Below, piece after piece: positions 50,101 through 62,400 of a stretch of 64,000 nt of DNA. Source of the stretch: Paraspadella gotoi (Eukaryota > Animalia > Chaetognatha); contig CM119264.1 of assembly GCA_051294375.1 (NCBI GenBank), positions 19,165,590 through 19,229,589 on the forward strand. The letters are read 5' to 3'. Below the pieces are notes generated by a model. It ran no database searches. It saw nothing but the letters and a program-made list of their open reading frames with translations, and was not told where the DNA came from. Each line of letters starts with the position of its first letter. The first letter of the stretch is position 1. Both the position numbers and the translations under genes were made by a program.

Positions 50101-53100
50101 TTATTGTTTCCGGCATTTTCTTTCGCTGGCTGTCATTCATTTTAGTTTTTCTTTCCAGGCAATTTCCTTTTGCTGCTGTCATTGCAATTTAGTTTTTCCC
50201 GGCATTTTCTTCGCTGCTGTCATTCATTTTAGTTTTTCCGGCATTTTTTTCAGTTTTTTCAAGGCATTTTCTTTCGCTGCTTGTCATTCAATATTAGTTT
50301 TTCGGCATTTTTTTTTCAAGTTTTCAGGCATTTTCTTTCGCTGCTGTCATTCATTTTAGTTTTTCCGGCATTTTCTTTCGCTGCTGTCATTCATTTTAGT
50401 TTTTCCGGCATTTCTTTTGCTGCTTGTCATTCATTTTAGTTTTTCCGGCATTTTCTTCGCTGGGCTGTCATTCATTTAGTTTCCGGCATTTTCTTCGCTG
50501 CTGTCATTCATTTTTAGTTTTTTCCGGCATTTTCTTTCGCTGCTGCATTCATTTTTAAGTTTTTCCGGCAATTTTCTTTCGCTGCTGTCAATTCATTTTA
50601 GTTTTCCCGGCTTTGTCTTTCGCTGCTGTCATTCATTTTAGTTTGATTCCGGATTTTCTTTCGCTGCTGTCATTCATTCTAGTTTTTTCCGGCATTTTCT
50701 TTCGGCTGCTGTCCAATTCATTTTTTAGTTTTTCCGGCATTTCTTTTCAGTTTTTTTCAAGGCATTTTCTTTCCGCTGCTTGGTCCATTCCAATTTTAGT
50801 TTTTTTCCCGGCATTTTTTCAGTTTTTCAGGCATTTTCTTCGCTGCTGTCATTCATTTAAGTTTTTCCGGCATTTTTTCTCAGTTTTCAGGCATTTTTTT
50901 GTTTTTGCAGGCATTTTTTTGCAGTTTTTTTTCAGGCATTTTCTTTTCGCTGCTGTCATTCATTTTAGTTTTTCCGGCATTTTTCAGGCATTTCTTTCGC
51001 TGCTGTCATTCATTTAGTTTTTTTCCGGGCATTTTTTCTCAGTTTTGTCAGCATTTTTTTTCGCGCTGTCATTCATTTTTAGTTTTTCCGGGCATTTTTT
51101 TCAGTTTTTTCAGGCATTTTTTCAGTTTTGTCAAAAGGCACTTTTTCAAGTTTTTTTTCAGGGCATTTTCTTTCGCTGCTTGTTCATTCATTTTAGTTTT
51201 CCGGCATTTTTTCAAAGTTTTTCAGGCATTTTTTCAAGTTTTTTCAAGGCATTTTATTCAGTTTTTTTCAGGCATTTTCTTTCGCTGCTGTCATATTTTA
51301 GTTTTCCGGCATTTTTCAGTTTTTTCAGGCAATTTTTCAGTTTTTCAGCATTTTCTTTCTGCCTGCTGTCATTCATTTTCAGTTGTTTCCGGCATTTTTT
51401 CAGTTTTCAGGCATTTTTTCAGTTTTTTGTCAGGGCATTTTCTTTCGCTGCTGTCATTCATTTTAGTTTTTCCGGCATTTTTTCAGTTTTTTCAGAGGCA
51501 TTTTTTTTTCAGTTTTTTCAGGCATTTTCTCTTTCGCTGCTGCTCATTCATTTTAGTTTTTCCGGCAATTTTTTTTCAGTTTGTTCAGGCATTTTTCTTT
51601 TCGCTGCTGTCATTCATTTTAGTTTTTCCAGGCCATTTTCCTTTCGCTGCTGTCATTCCATTTTAGTTTTTCCCGGCATTTCTTTCGCTGCTCGTCATTC
51701 ATTTTAGTTTTTCCGGCATTTTCTTTCGCCTGCGTTCATTCATTGTTAGTTTTTCCGGCAATTTCTTTTCGCTGCTGTCATTCATTTTAAGTTTTTTCCC
51801 GGCATTTTCTTTCGCTGCTGTCATTCATTTAGTTTTTCCGGCATTTTCTTTCGCTGCTGTCCATTCAATTTTAGTTTTTCCGCGCATTTTTCTTTCGCTG
51901 CTGTCATTCATTTAGTTTTCCGGCATTTTCCTTTCACTGCTGTCATTAATTTGTAGTTTTTTTCCGGCATTTTCTGGTTTGCTGCTGTCATTCATTTTAG
52001 TTTTTCGGCATTTTCTTTCGCTGCTGTCATTCCATTCATTAGTTTTTTTCCGGCATTTTTTGCAGTTTTTCAGGGCATTTTCTTTCGCTGCTGTCATTCA
52101 TTTATAAGTTTGTTTCCGGCATTTTTTTCAGTTTTCAGGGGCATTTATCTTTCGCTGCTGTCATTCATTTTAGTTTTTTCCGGCATTCTTTCTTTCGGCT
52201 GCTTGTCATTCATTTTTTAGTTTTTCCACAGGCATTGTTCTTTCGCTGCTGTCCATTCATTTAGTTTTTCCGGCATTTTCTTTCGCTGCTGTCATCATTT
52301 TAGTTTTTCCGGCATTTTTCCTTTCGTGCTGTCAATTCATATTTAGTTTTTCCGGCATTTTCTTCTCGCTGCTGTCATTCATTTTAGTTTTGTCCGGCAT
52401 TTGTCTTTCGCTGCCTGTCATTTCATTTTAGTGTTTTCCGGCATTGTTCTTCGCTGCTGTCATTCATTTTAGGTTTTTCCCGGCATTTTCTTTCGCTGCT
52501 GTCATTCATTCTTAGTTTTTTTCAGGCATTTCTTTTCGCTGCTTCATTCTTTTAGTTTTTTCCGGCATTTTTTCAGTTTTTTCAGGCATTTTCTTTTCGC
52601 TGCTGTCATTCATTTTAAGTTTTTCGGGATTTTTTCAAGTTTTTCAAAGGCATTTTCTTTCGCTGTCTGTCATTCATTTTAGTTTTTTTCCCGGCATTTT
52701 TTCTCAGTTTTCAGGCATTTTTTCAGTTTTTCCAGGCAATTTTTTCAGTTTTTTTCAGGCATTTTCTTTCGCTGCTAGTCAATTCATTTTAGTTTTTTCC
52801 GGCATTTTTCAGGCATTTTCTTTTCGCTGCTGTCATTATTTTAGTTTTTTCCGGCAATTTTTTCCCAGTTTTTGCAGGCATTTTTTTTTTCGCTGCGGTC
52901 ACTCATTTTAGTTTTTCAAGGCATTTTTTATCAGTTTATTCAGGCATTTTTTTCAGTTTTTTCAGGCATTTTTCAGGTTTTTCAGGCATTTTTCTTTCGC
53001 GGCTGTCATTCAATTTTAGTTTTTTCGGCATTTTTTTTCAAGTATTTCCAGGCATTTTTTCAGTTTTTCAGGCATTTTTTCAAGTTTTCAGGCATTTTCT

Positions 53101-53697
53101 TTCGCTGCTGTCATTCATTTTTAGTTTTTCGGCATTTTTTCAGTTTTTCAGGCATTTTTCAGTTTTTCAGGCAATTCTTTTTCGCTGCTGTCAATTCATG
53201 TTTAGTTTTCCGGCATTTTTTCAGTTTTTCAAGGCATTTTTTTCAAGTTTTTTTCAGGCATTTTTCCTTTCGCTGCACTGTCATTCATTTAGTTTTTCCG
53301 GCATTTTTTCAGTTTTTCAGGCCATTTTTTCAGTTTTATCATAGCATTTTCTTATCGCTGCTGTCATTCATCTTTAGTTTTTCGGCATTTTTTTCAGTTT
53401 TTGCACGGCATTTTTTTTCGCTGCTGTCATTCATTTTAAGTTTTTTCCGAGCATTTATTTCAGTTTTTCAGGGGCAATTTTCAGTTTTTCAGGGCATTTT
53501 CTTTCGCTGCTGTCATTCCATTGTCCCAGTTTTTTCCGGCATTTTTTCAGTTTTTCAAGGCATTTTTTTTCAGGTTTTTCAGCGCATTTTCCTTTCGCTG
53601 CTGTCATTCGATGTTTAGTTTTTTCTCCGGCAATTTTTTCAGTTTTTCAAGGCAATTTTTTCTTTCGCTGCTGTCATTTCATTTTTAGTTTTTTGCC
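47155..53697 (+). repeat. ~6.5-kb composite satellite: 40-bp unit GGCATTTTCTTTCGCTGCTGTCATTCATTTTAGTTTTTCC interleaved with a ~20-bp subunit GGCATTTTTTCAGTTTTTCA
   Basis: Direct reading of a long run of units with many indel-type variants. Garbled CT-rich stretches occur at ~47770-48180 and ~48420-48570. Confidence 0.95.
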
Positions 53698-54146
53698 GCC
53701 TCGATTCCGCGTGACGTCAAATTGTTCCTTGTAACCAATTTTTCGTTTTTTTTCATTTTTCTGTTTTTCTTCTTTCTTTCAAACTTGCTCTCCCGAAAAA
53801 CTTTTTTTTTTTTCCCTTTCCTCTTCTCTTTTTCTAGGGATCGCCCTTCTATCGTCGCCGCAAGTCCGTCTCCTTCTTTTCGATTCTCTTTTTCCCAGAT
53901 TTGCTTTTCCGATGCTCCCATTCCCTTTTATCCCGAGAAAAATGTCCGTCTCCCAAGTTTGCTAGATAATCAGTGCCAAAGGGACTCCATCACAAACCCA
54001 TCAGGAAACTGAGAAAGGCAGCGCTCCCACCGTTTCAATTGTTCAATCCCTTTTTAGTGGTGGGTTTTGTGTGAGTTGGTTTAGAGAGAAGAAGAGGAGA
54101 GAGACAAGAAGAGATGGACAAGAAGCGAATGGAAGAAAAAGGAATT

Positions 54147-54218
<72 letters not shown>

Positions 54219-54922
54219 CCGTGGACCAAAAATCCCCCACGAGTGCAATTTTTTTTTCCAAGTTTAGAAAAAGTGCAAATAGTTTTGGAGACCAAATTAA
54301 TTTGTTTGGATGAATTTAAGAAAGTGCAGAAAAAATAAATTTTAAGTAGGAAAAAAGGAAAGTTTCAAAAACGGTTTTTTAAAGGAGTACACACAAATGT
54401 TTTTTAAAAGGATGTAAAATGGCGCAAAAAACTTTTTAGCAGTTCGAAGGTCGGCTGGTTGTATATCCTCTGGACTGGACGGCAATAAAATTTATTTAAG
54501 CTGGAAAGCTCCCCTCTTGGTTTAAGAAAATAAAAAAAATTTGGAAATAAGAATAAGAAAGGGGAAAAACAGAGAAAATTTTTTTTCAGAGCTTTCAATG
54601 TCTCGAAATAGTAGTCTTGAATTTGACGAAAGAAAGCTTTTTTCTTTTTTTGTAGCCTTTAAGGTGCTAAAAAACATCCAACTGACGCCTAATCCAGCTA
54701 AAATCGATTTCTCTCTTTTGTTGCTTAGGACATGAAGGTTCTGTCGATAGGAGTGATGTCGTCGACGCGTCGCCAATCAAATCCTCTAAATATGGATTCG
54801 GAACGAAGAAACAAATCTATCTCCTTCAAATATTTTAACGAACGTTCAGCTCGGTGAGGTCTCTCGATGGATGTAAGAAATCGAACGAAAAGAGTTGAAT
54901 AAAAAGGGAAAGCTGAAAGTTA

Positions 54923-55279
54923 ACGGATTTCAAATCGGAGTGAAATGAAAAGATTTGTTTTTTACTCTTAAATACTCAATATGATTTATTTTATCATTTA
55001 TTAGTTAAAAATTCCCTGACGTTTAGGTTTCCTATATTATACAAATTCAAGAATATATTTACATCATAACAACTGCGCTTGCTTTCTAGACAGCTTTTTT
55101 GTAAGAATTTTCCCTTATTTGATAATTGAATTTTAAACTCATTGTACAATGGGATTTAGAAAATAAAAAAACGTCAGCGATTTCTTTATTAAGGGTGCAA
55201 AGATCTGAAGTTGCTATAACAAATACTTTAGTCAACAGTAATTTGATCCTTTCATTTCACTCCCCATTTGAAATCCGTG
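54923..55279. mobile_element. Family 1 MITE, duplicate copy
   Basis: ACGGATTTCAAATCGGAGTGAAATGAAA ... TTTCATTTCACTCCCCATTTGAAATCCGTG|TA. Confidence 0.8.
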
Positions 55280-56125
55280 TAGAACGTGGATGATGCGATT
55301 AGGAAAAGTTAGGAAAATACAGATGGAGACACGGAAAGGAGATTAAAAGTTGAGAGTTGAGAAGAAGGACATAGCAATGTTTAAGTCTCAGGAAAACTAA
55401 AGATATACACATTATTATATAACATATATACATACATTATACAATGATATGACGGCGGCAATAAAAACACTGGTGTAGAAAGGCCAAATAAAACCCCATT
55501 GGCAAAAATTACCAATCTGTAATAAAAAGAAAATAAAGACACTATAAAACCTCGGCGCTGAATTGTTTCGAGCACACGACAATATCGGATACTAAACCAA
55601 AGTGATAATTATTTTTCGCCATCTACTTTTCTTGCCAGATTTATCGACCGATCTCGAGGGAAAAAAAACAACTAAGTCATATCTAGAAATAGACAAAAAA
55701 ACAAACAAACCCGAAGTTCCCCCGCGAGATCTTGCTTAATCCCATCGTCGATTAATTCGGACAGACGCGGTCGTCCATCACGTACAGAGGAGCAGCGATA
55801 TTACGACCCTCGAAGGGGAATCCAATCCTTTGCTCGTTGTGTCCGTCCCCCGCGCCCCCTTTGCCCTCCTCGTGGAGAGCAAGTCGCGGACTCGTCGTTC
55901 CGTCGTCATTTAGCTTGTCATGTCTCATTCTTGAAATGACCCGCTCGATCTCTCCTCGTCTTCTGACCTTCGAACATAATAGGACGTGAGGAAAGGGTGA
56001 CGAGAGGAGAGAAGGAGGGAGGCAGGGAGAAAAAAGCCAAATAAAAATTCATTTCGAGTCAGGGAGATGGAGAAGGAAGGAGGAATAAAGAAAGGGAAGA
56101 AAGAAAGATAAATAAGTAAAGAGAT

Positions 56126-56160
<35 letters not shown>

Positions 56161-56176
56161 CTGAGAATTTTACGAA

Positions 56177-56232
<56 letters not shown>

Positions 56233-57765
56233 AGAAAGAAGAAAGAAAGAAAGAAAGAAAGAAAAAATAAAAATAAAATAGAGTAAAAGAGAGGGCAGGC
56301 AAATAAAAACTCATTCTCTCCCTTCCAGGCCGACGCCGGCCGATACAAATGCTCCAACGCTGTTATGCTTTCCTTGGTGGTGATGGAACCGCCGTCGTGT
56401 CACCCAAAACCCAGATCTCACCAATCGCCTGGAAGTTGCAATCTCAAAAAGTGAGTTGGGCTCCGTTGATTTAATTTTTTTTACGATTTTTTAATTTAGA
56501 TAAGTGCAAGTAACAAAGCGAGTGAGGTGAAAACTGAAAAAGGCTTGTGAAATTCAAATAAATTAAAAAGTACAGATCCGCGCGCTCTTTGGAGAATAAA
56601 TTTAGGCCTTAATTCTGTTAAAACCGTTGTATGTAGTTAATAACCAATAAAATTTTTAAAAACCTCTTGGTTTTGGCTTTCAGTCGATTCCCAAAATGTT
56701 TAAAAATTTAGATTTTTTGTTTTAAATAAGATTGCAAGAGGCATTTCGATCTTCGAATAAATCAAATGAATTAAATAAAAAAAGTTACCAAGCATACCGA
56801 TCGTCATTTACCCCGTGACTCACATGCGCTTCATCCCTCGATCGTGCATCTCGTTCCGCTCATTTCCGCTTCGCCCTTCAACGAAACCTGGAATTCTTTG
56901 CTCCAATGAAAATCGGGAAGCGGGATTCGTTCCACGTCGGTAGACGGTGAAAGCTGCGAGGGAATCTCTCGAAACGCCGTCCTCGTCGTTGCTGTTGTCG
57001 TTGTTCTTTATCCCCGATGCTGATCGCTTTGGAGATCCTTTCATTATCTGTCGACGAAGAGGCTTTCGACACATTTGAAAGTTAGATATGTAATCCGACA
57101 AAGTGGGTTTCTCTTCGAAGCCAGTACTTTTCTCTGCTGCCAACACTCGGACAAAGATGGGATGACGAACGAAAAAATTTTTTTTGGTTTAATTTATATC
57201 GATTTTCAACCTTGTTTTGTCTGGTTTTGTAAAAAAATATGAGCAAGAATTCTGAGTTTCGAGTGTGAGCTTTCATGAGATCCTTGAGAAGAAAATTTCA
57301 CAAGGGAAATAAAATATTTACAAATTTTAAAATGAAATGAAATAAATTTATATCTAAAAAATTCCGTAAATAATTCTTAAGGATCGAATTAACTAAAATC
57401 TCGGAGAATTTTCTCATCGTTTTTAAGAACCTGCAATGACCGAGGACGAAGGCTCCACTCGACTGAAGGATCAAATCTAATCGGCGCGTCTTTGATTCCA
57501 CGACGCCGTTGATTAAGACGTCTCTAACCTAGTCACCTGAATCTTTTTCGGCTCTTTTCAAGATACATAACTATTATTTGCCCTTTTTCGGGCGACTAAC
57601 CCTGAACGCCACCGAAGTTTCAAGAGAGGGAAATGGTTTCAATTAGATTCTTACTATGGTTCCATTCGTTTTGCTTCAATGGCACATCTGATTTGATTGA
57701 CTCTAAGTCTATAACGAGGTTTTAGTTCATTTTTGATCTTCAAGAAACTTTTATCGTCGTCCGTT

Positions 57766-57923
57766 CCGTGAAGACGTTAAAGGAGAGAACAAATTTCCCG
57801 TGAAGACGTTAAAGGAGAGAACAAATTTCCGTAAGACGTTAAAGGAGAGACAAATTTCCGTGAAGACGTTAAAGGAGAGAACAAATTTCCGTGAAGACGT
57901 TAAAGGAGAGAACAAATTTCCGT
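57766..57923 (+). repeat. 31-bp minisatellite, about 5 units
   Basis: CCGTGAAGACGTTAAAGGAGAGAACAAATTT tandem units. Confidence 0.9.
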
Positions 57924-58554
57924 GTCGTTAAATCAGGATTACGTCGAATCTTCACCCGGGAGAAATTGCGTTTGACGAGAAAAAAACAAATCCAGGCACT
58001 GTCCAGTGTGCACACCGTCAGGGAAGCAAGGCGACCACTCTCTTCGTCGTCACTTCAGAGGTTTCTCTTCAGGCATAATACATATAAGGTTATTTTTGTG
58101 AAATCAGCCTGTCATGTAATGTTTTGATTTGTTTTCACCATTAAAAATCCTTGTTTTGAAAAAAAAATTTCAAATTAAAGTCGTCGATGGTTCAAAAAAA
58201 GACTGGATTCTTTTTTATTAAATGAAATAAAATATTAAGGATCAAAAACCTTTTTGGGAAATAATTCCTGGAATATCGAAAACCAGATGGTGCCCCAACG
58301 TCACAGCCCAGCCTGATTTGTGCGTCTTAACAATTCCGGTCGATTGCCGCCGAGTTTCCAGCGAGATTCAAGCGATAATCATTATTCCCTAAGAGAGCAA
58401 AATGAAACAAAATTTATCGATGATCATAATATGCAGATTCTTTTTATACAGATTTTTTTATACAAATCAATAAAATAAAGAGTGGTCTTTCATACAATTG
58501 AAACATTCTTTGAAATATTTTCCAGTTCATTGATAGGGATGCCAGGTACTCTGG

Positions 58555-58730
58555 GAGTGAATAAACGAGACTGTAGAGAGTCTTGATTGAAAGCTGCAGG
58601 ACCTGCTATGTCATATCTTGTAAGAGTGATGGAGGCCTTAAACCACCAAAGCCTGTCCAAAGTCAGGGGCAAGATAGCTTATTTATTAAATGAATGGATA
58701 ATTTTTTATATTGGTTGTACCAATTTCATA
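58555..58730 (+). repeat. Dispersed repeat family 2 copy (within duplication copy 2)
   Basis: Near-identical to 45183-45361. Confidence 0.85.
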
Positions 58731-59015
58731 AAAAAGTTCTTCCTTTTGTTGCGATAATTCCAAACACCAACTAAAGACTAAAGCGCAATTTCGTCCGGGC
58801 GTCGGAAAAAAAAACACCGACAAAAAAGAAAACGTCACATTAATTAAAAATTAAAGGTCGAAAGAAGGAGGAAAAAGAAGAAGAGGGGAAAGGAGGAGGA
58901 GGGAGGGAGCTTCAGAAAAAAGGTCATCAACGGGAATCGAGTGAAAATTGGATGAAATCAACGGAGAAAAAAATGAATAATTCATTTTCCCTTCAGTTTC
59001 AATTTACGACGATTC

Positions 59016-59095
<80 letters not shown>

Positions 59096-59353
59096 CTCTC
59101 TTCACTATCTGACTTCTAACTTTAATTCTACAGATCTTCTTTCTCTTTTTGATCTCGAATCGCATCTCGATCTCAAGATTCTACTCGAAATTGCCGAGTG
59201 TGCTCGGTGAGCAGTGAGCGGTGAGCGGTGAGGACTGAGGAGCCAAAAAAAGCTAGATGAAATCGCGAATTGTGAGAACTGCTGGTTTTCAGAAGGGACG
59301 AGAACGGAAGTCGTTGTGAATCGTGAGGAATCATTCATTATTCGTGAGTTGTG

Positions 59354-59446
<93 letters not shown>

Positions 59447-62400
59447 AAACAGGCGACCTTCGTCCGTTTTGACGTCGTTTGTACGTTAATGCACTCTCCA
59501 CACGCCGTTAGCGGTTCGCGGTCTTTTCACTCTGACTTCAAAAGAGATAAACAATTTTCGACGTAGGTTTTCTTTCGCAAACGAAGTGGAAAATAGTCGG
59601 ACATAAAACATGTATTCATCATTAATGTCTGTCGAAGGAGGTTATTCTCGTTAGGCTCGCTTCGTCATCATTCGTTACAAACAAATTGAAAATCTATACA
59701 GGTTTTTTTTTTATTTTTCCTCTTTCAACCATTGATTAATCTTTATTGCTTTCGATTTTTCTCTGTCAATCCTCCTTCCTTTCGGCTTCTCCGTATTTTC
59801 TCGTTTGCTTACCAACTTCGTTAGTCTGTCTGTCGGTCCGTCCGTCCGTCCGTCCGTCCAATCCTCCGTTTTATTCCTCCTCTATTCCCTCCTCCTCTCT
59901 TTAGAAGATCACTGAAGGCTCAAATTCTGCGCTAATTAAAAACATTACTCTGAACGTTGTAACCTCCGAGAAAAAGAAACAAGCTTACCATTAAAAATTT
60001 AAAAAAACTGCTCAGTTACCGCTAACAATATTTCCGTTGAAATTTAAGATTGAAATACATTTATTCAATACCTCAAATCGCGCTTGAAAATTAACTTTTT
60101 TTCATCCTCTCCATTTAGTTTCCGTTCTCGACTGTAACTAATTCCACTTAAATCATCGCCCTTTTTTCTTTTCCCTATCCCGCGCCCTCCCTTGCCTACC
60201 CTACTTCCGATTCCTCCATTCCCGGTCCCATGTCCCTCCATCGCTTTCCCCTCCATGCCCCACCTTCAACCCCTTCCCCCCTTCCCGACCCCTACCCTGC
60301 CCACCTTCCCTACCCCTCGCTTCTCCATCCAGAACCGGAAGTCGACGCGAATTTTTCCGCCTGAAGGAAGGCCACCCGGCGTCGTTCTCGTGCCGAGCGA
60401 AATACGCGGGAGACTCCAGCCCTGGCTTCAATGGGTGATAATCATCTTCGGTTGCGTTGTCCTCGCGATTCATGGTGTATGGTGTAATACAGTAGCGCGC
60501 GCCAAGGAAGTAGGGGCGCGGGAGTATAGGTGAACGGAAGGAATATATCGCGTAGCGGTAAAAGGAAAACAATTGAAGCAATTGAAAACGACTAATTTTT
60601 ACCTACATGTAAAATTTACAAAATGAATATAATTTCTATAATAAGTGATTATCGGTGGAACTGTAAATTAAACTTAAAATTGATTCCTTATCACTTATTA
60701 CCTTCCGCTCAGTAGCTTATCGATTTTTTTTCGCGAAAAAGATAATTACCCAAGGGAACAAAAAACCCCGCAAACTGTTTTCATCGAATATGATTAAAGG
60801 ACAACATTGGGATAAGAAAGGGGAATTTGTTCTCAACTTGTATCTTTCTGAGGCCCCGTTCCTTTCCCAGCTCCTTACCCCGCCCTGCTCTCCCCCCCCA
60901 TTTCGATTTCCTTAACCTTCAACTCCCCCCACACTGACGTCAATGCAGCCCCGAGGGTCACGGAGACAGAATGGAAAAGAAGGAAATGAATTCAGCGGCC
61001 AAAATTCCTAGCGAATGAAAACANNNNNNNNNNNNNNNNNNNNNNNNNAAAGAAGAGAGATTCTCTCTCTCTCTACTTCTTTTCTAACATATGCTGCAAT
61101 CCCGGGAAACGTTTTAACTCTAAATCAATTAAAGAGCGTTTTATCGAATTCGAGCTCCAGCACTTAGAGTTAGCTCGCCTTAATTTAAAAACAAGCAACT
61201 CCAATAGAAAAAAACCTGTGGGTCCTGACGGCGACGTCGTCGACGGCGCGAATGGATCTCGAACCCGTCGCGCCGTCTCCAACGTGGATTCTGAGCGAAG
61301 ACTCCGAAGATGCGCGGGTTGGAGAAGATGCGCACTCGCGGGAACTTGGGGAGGAGTCGGTCGAGGACGAGGAGGCGGGGGCAGCGGAAAGGGGGCTCGA
61401 ACCGGACGTTGAGGCTCGGGGCGAGTGGGGTGTGGAGGAGAGGGGTGAGAAGGGTCGAATTCGGAAAGGAAAGAAAAATTATATCTGATTGAGATTTAGA
61501 TTGTATATACTAGATTCTTGAAAGTTAAATTTATAACAAAATAATGTCGGAACTGCTTGAAAATACGAAAAATAAACCAAACAAAAAAAATTTTGGAGCT
61601 GAAAACCCTATTTCCGTGATCTCCATCACGTAGTATAAAATCCATTACTAAGCTGTACTCAAAGAACGGATTTGAGCAGATTTTCCGAAGCATTTAACGA
61701 TAATTCTCAAAGATCAAGAGTTCAAGTGAACGATGCAAGTAGAATGGAAAAACCTTCACACGGCCACCTCTTCCTCCACAGTGCGCCTCCATTTTTTTTA
61801 TGTCGTCACGGCCATTTTTAATGATTCTCGTAACGACGTCCTCATCCCTGCGACTCTCCACTCAAAACCCATTTTTTCCCTCTCTTAACGAGATTGAAAA
61901 TTCGGCAAATTCACTGGGGGGGGATAGTGAGGTGGGGTGGGGAGGGAGAATGAAAAATGCTGCGAACGGGCGTGAACCAAGAAGCGTGCCCCGACGGAGC
62001 GAAGGAAGGGTACTCGGTTTGACTTCGAAACGAGTAAAAGCGTGGCAGGCAAAGCGTGTCAGGGGTGAAGACGTGACAGGGTGGTAATTGTGCGTCATCA
62101 CATTTTTTTTTTCTTTCAGATGGGGCGATATTCTGCTTAAGAGGAGTAGCCGGCCTCGTTATTTAGAAAGCTGGATTAACTTTGTAATCACAAGCTTTGT
62201 AAAATATTCTGAGGATTATAACCCGTCGACCAAAACGTTGCATTCACGCACCAAAGGACTATCAACAATCGACGCAACAAGCCAAGCATCAGAAAAGGGG
62301 CGTCTTTGGCACAGCCGGTTTGCTTGTGATTTCCCCTTGGGATGGGGTATCTCACGTTGGCTTTGGGGGCTTCCGACCCTCAGTGCGCCTCCAGTCACTG

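Larger units (their letters stand above)
53655..59978 (+). repeat. Direct segmental duplication, copy 2 (partner 40850-46665)
   Basis: Same sequence order as copy 1. It additionally carries sequence (~56570-57340 and ~57425-57530) where copy 1 has N gaps. Confidence 0.95.

Noticed and set aside
47253-53618. Long Phe/Ser-rich ORFs (up to 292 aa)
   Set aside because: These are translations of the T-rich satellite and of garbled sequence, not genes.
61218-61492. GC-rich block open in several frames (acidic on +, Ser/Pro-rich on -)
   Set aside because: No convincing pair of splice sites and no homology. The openness is explained by base composition.
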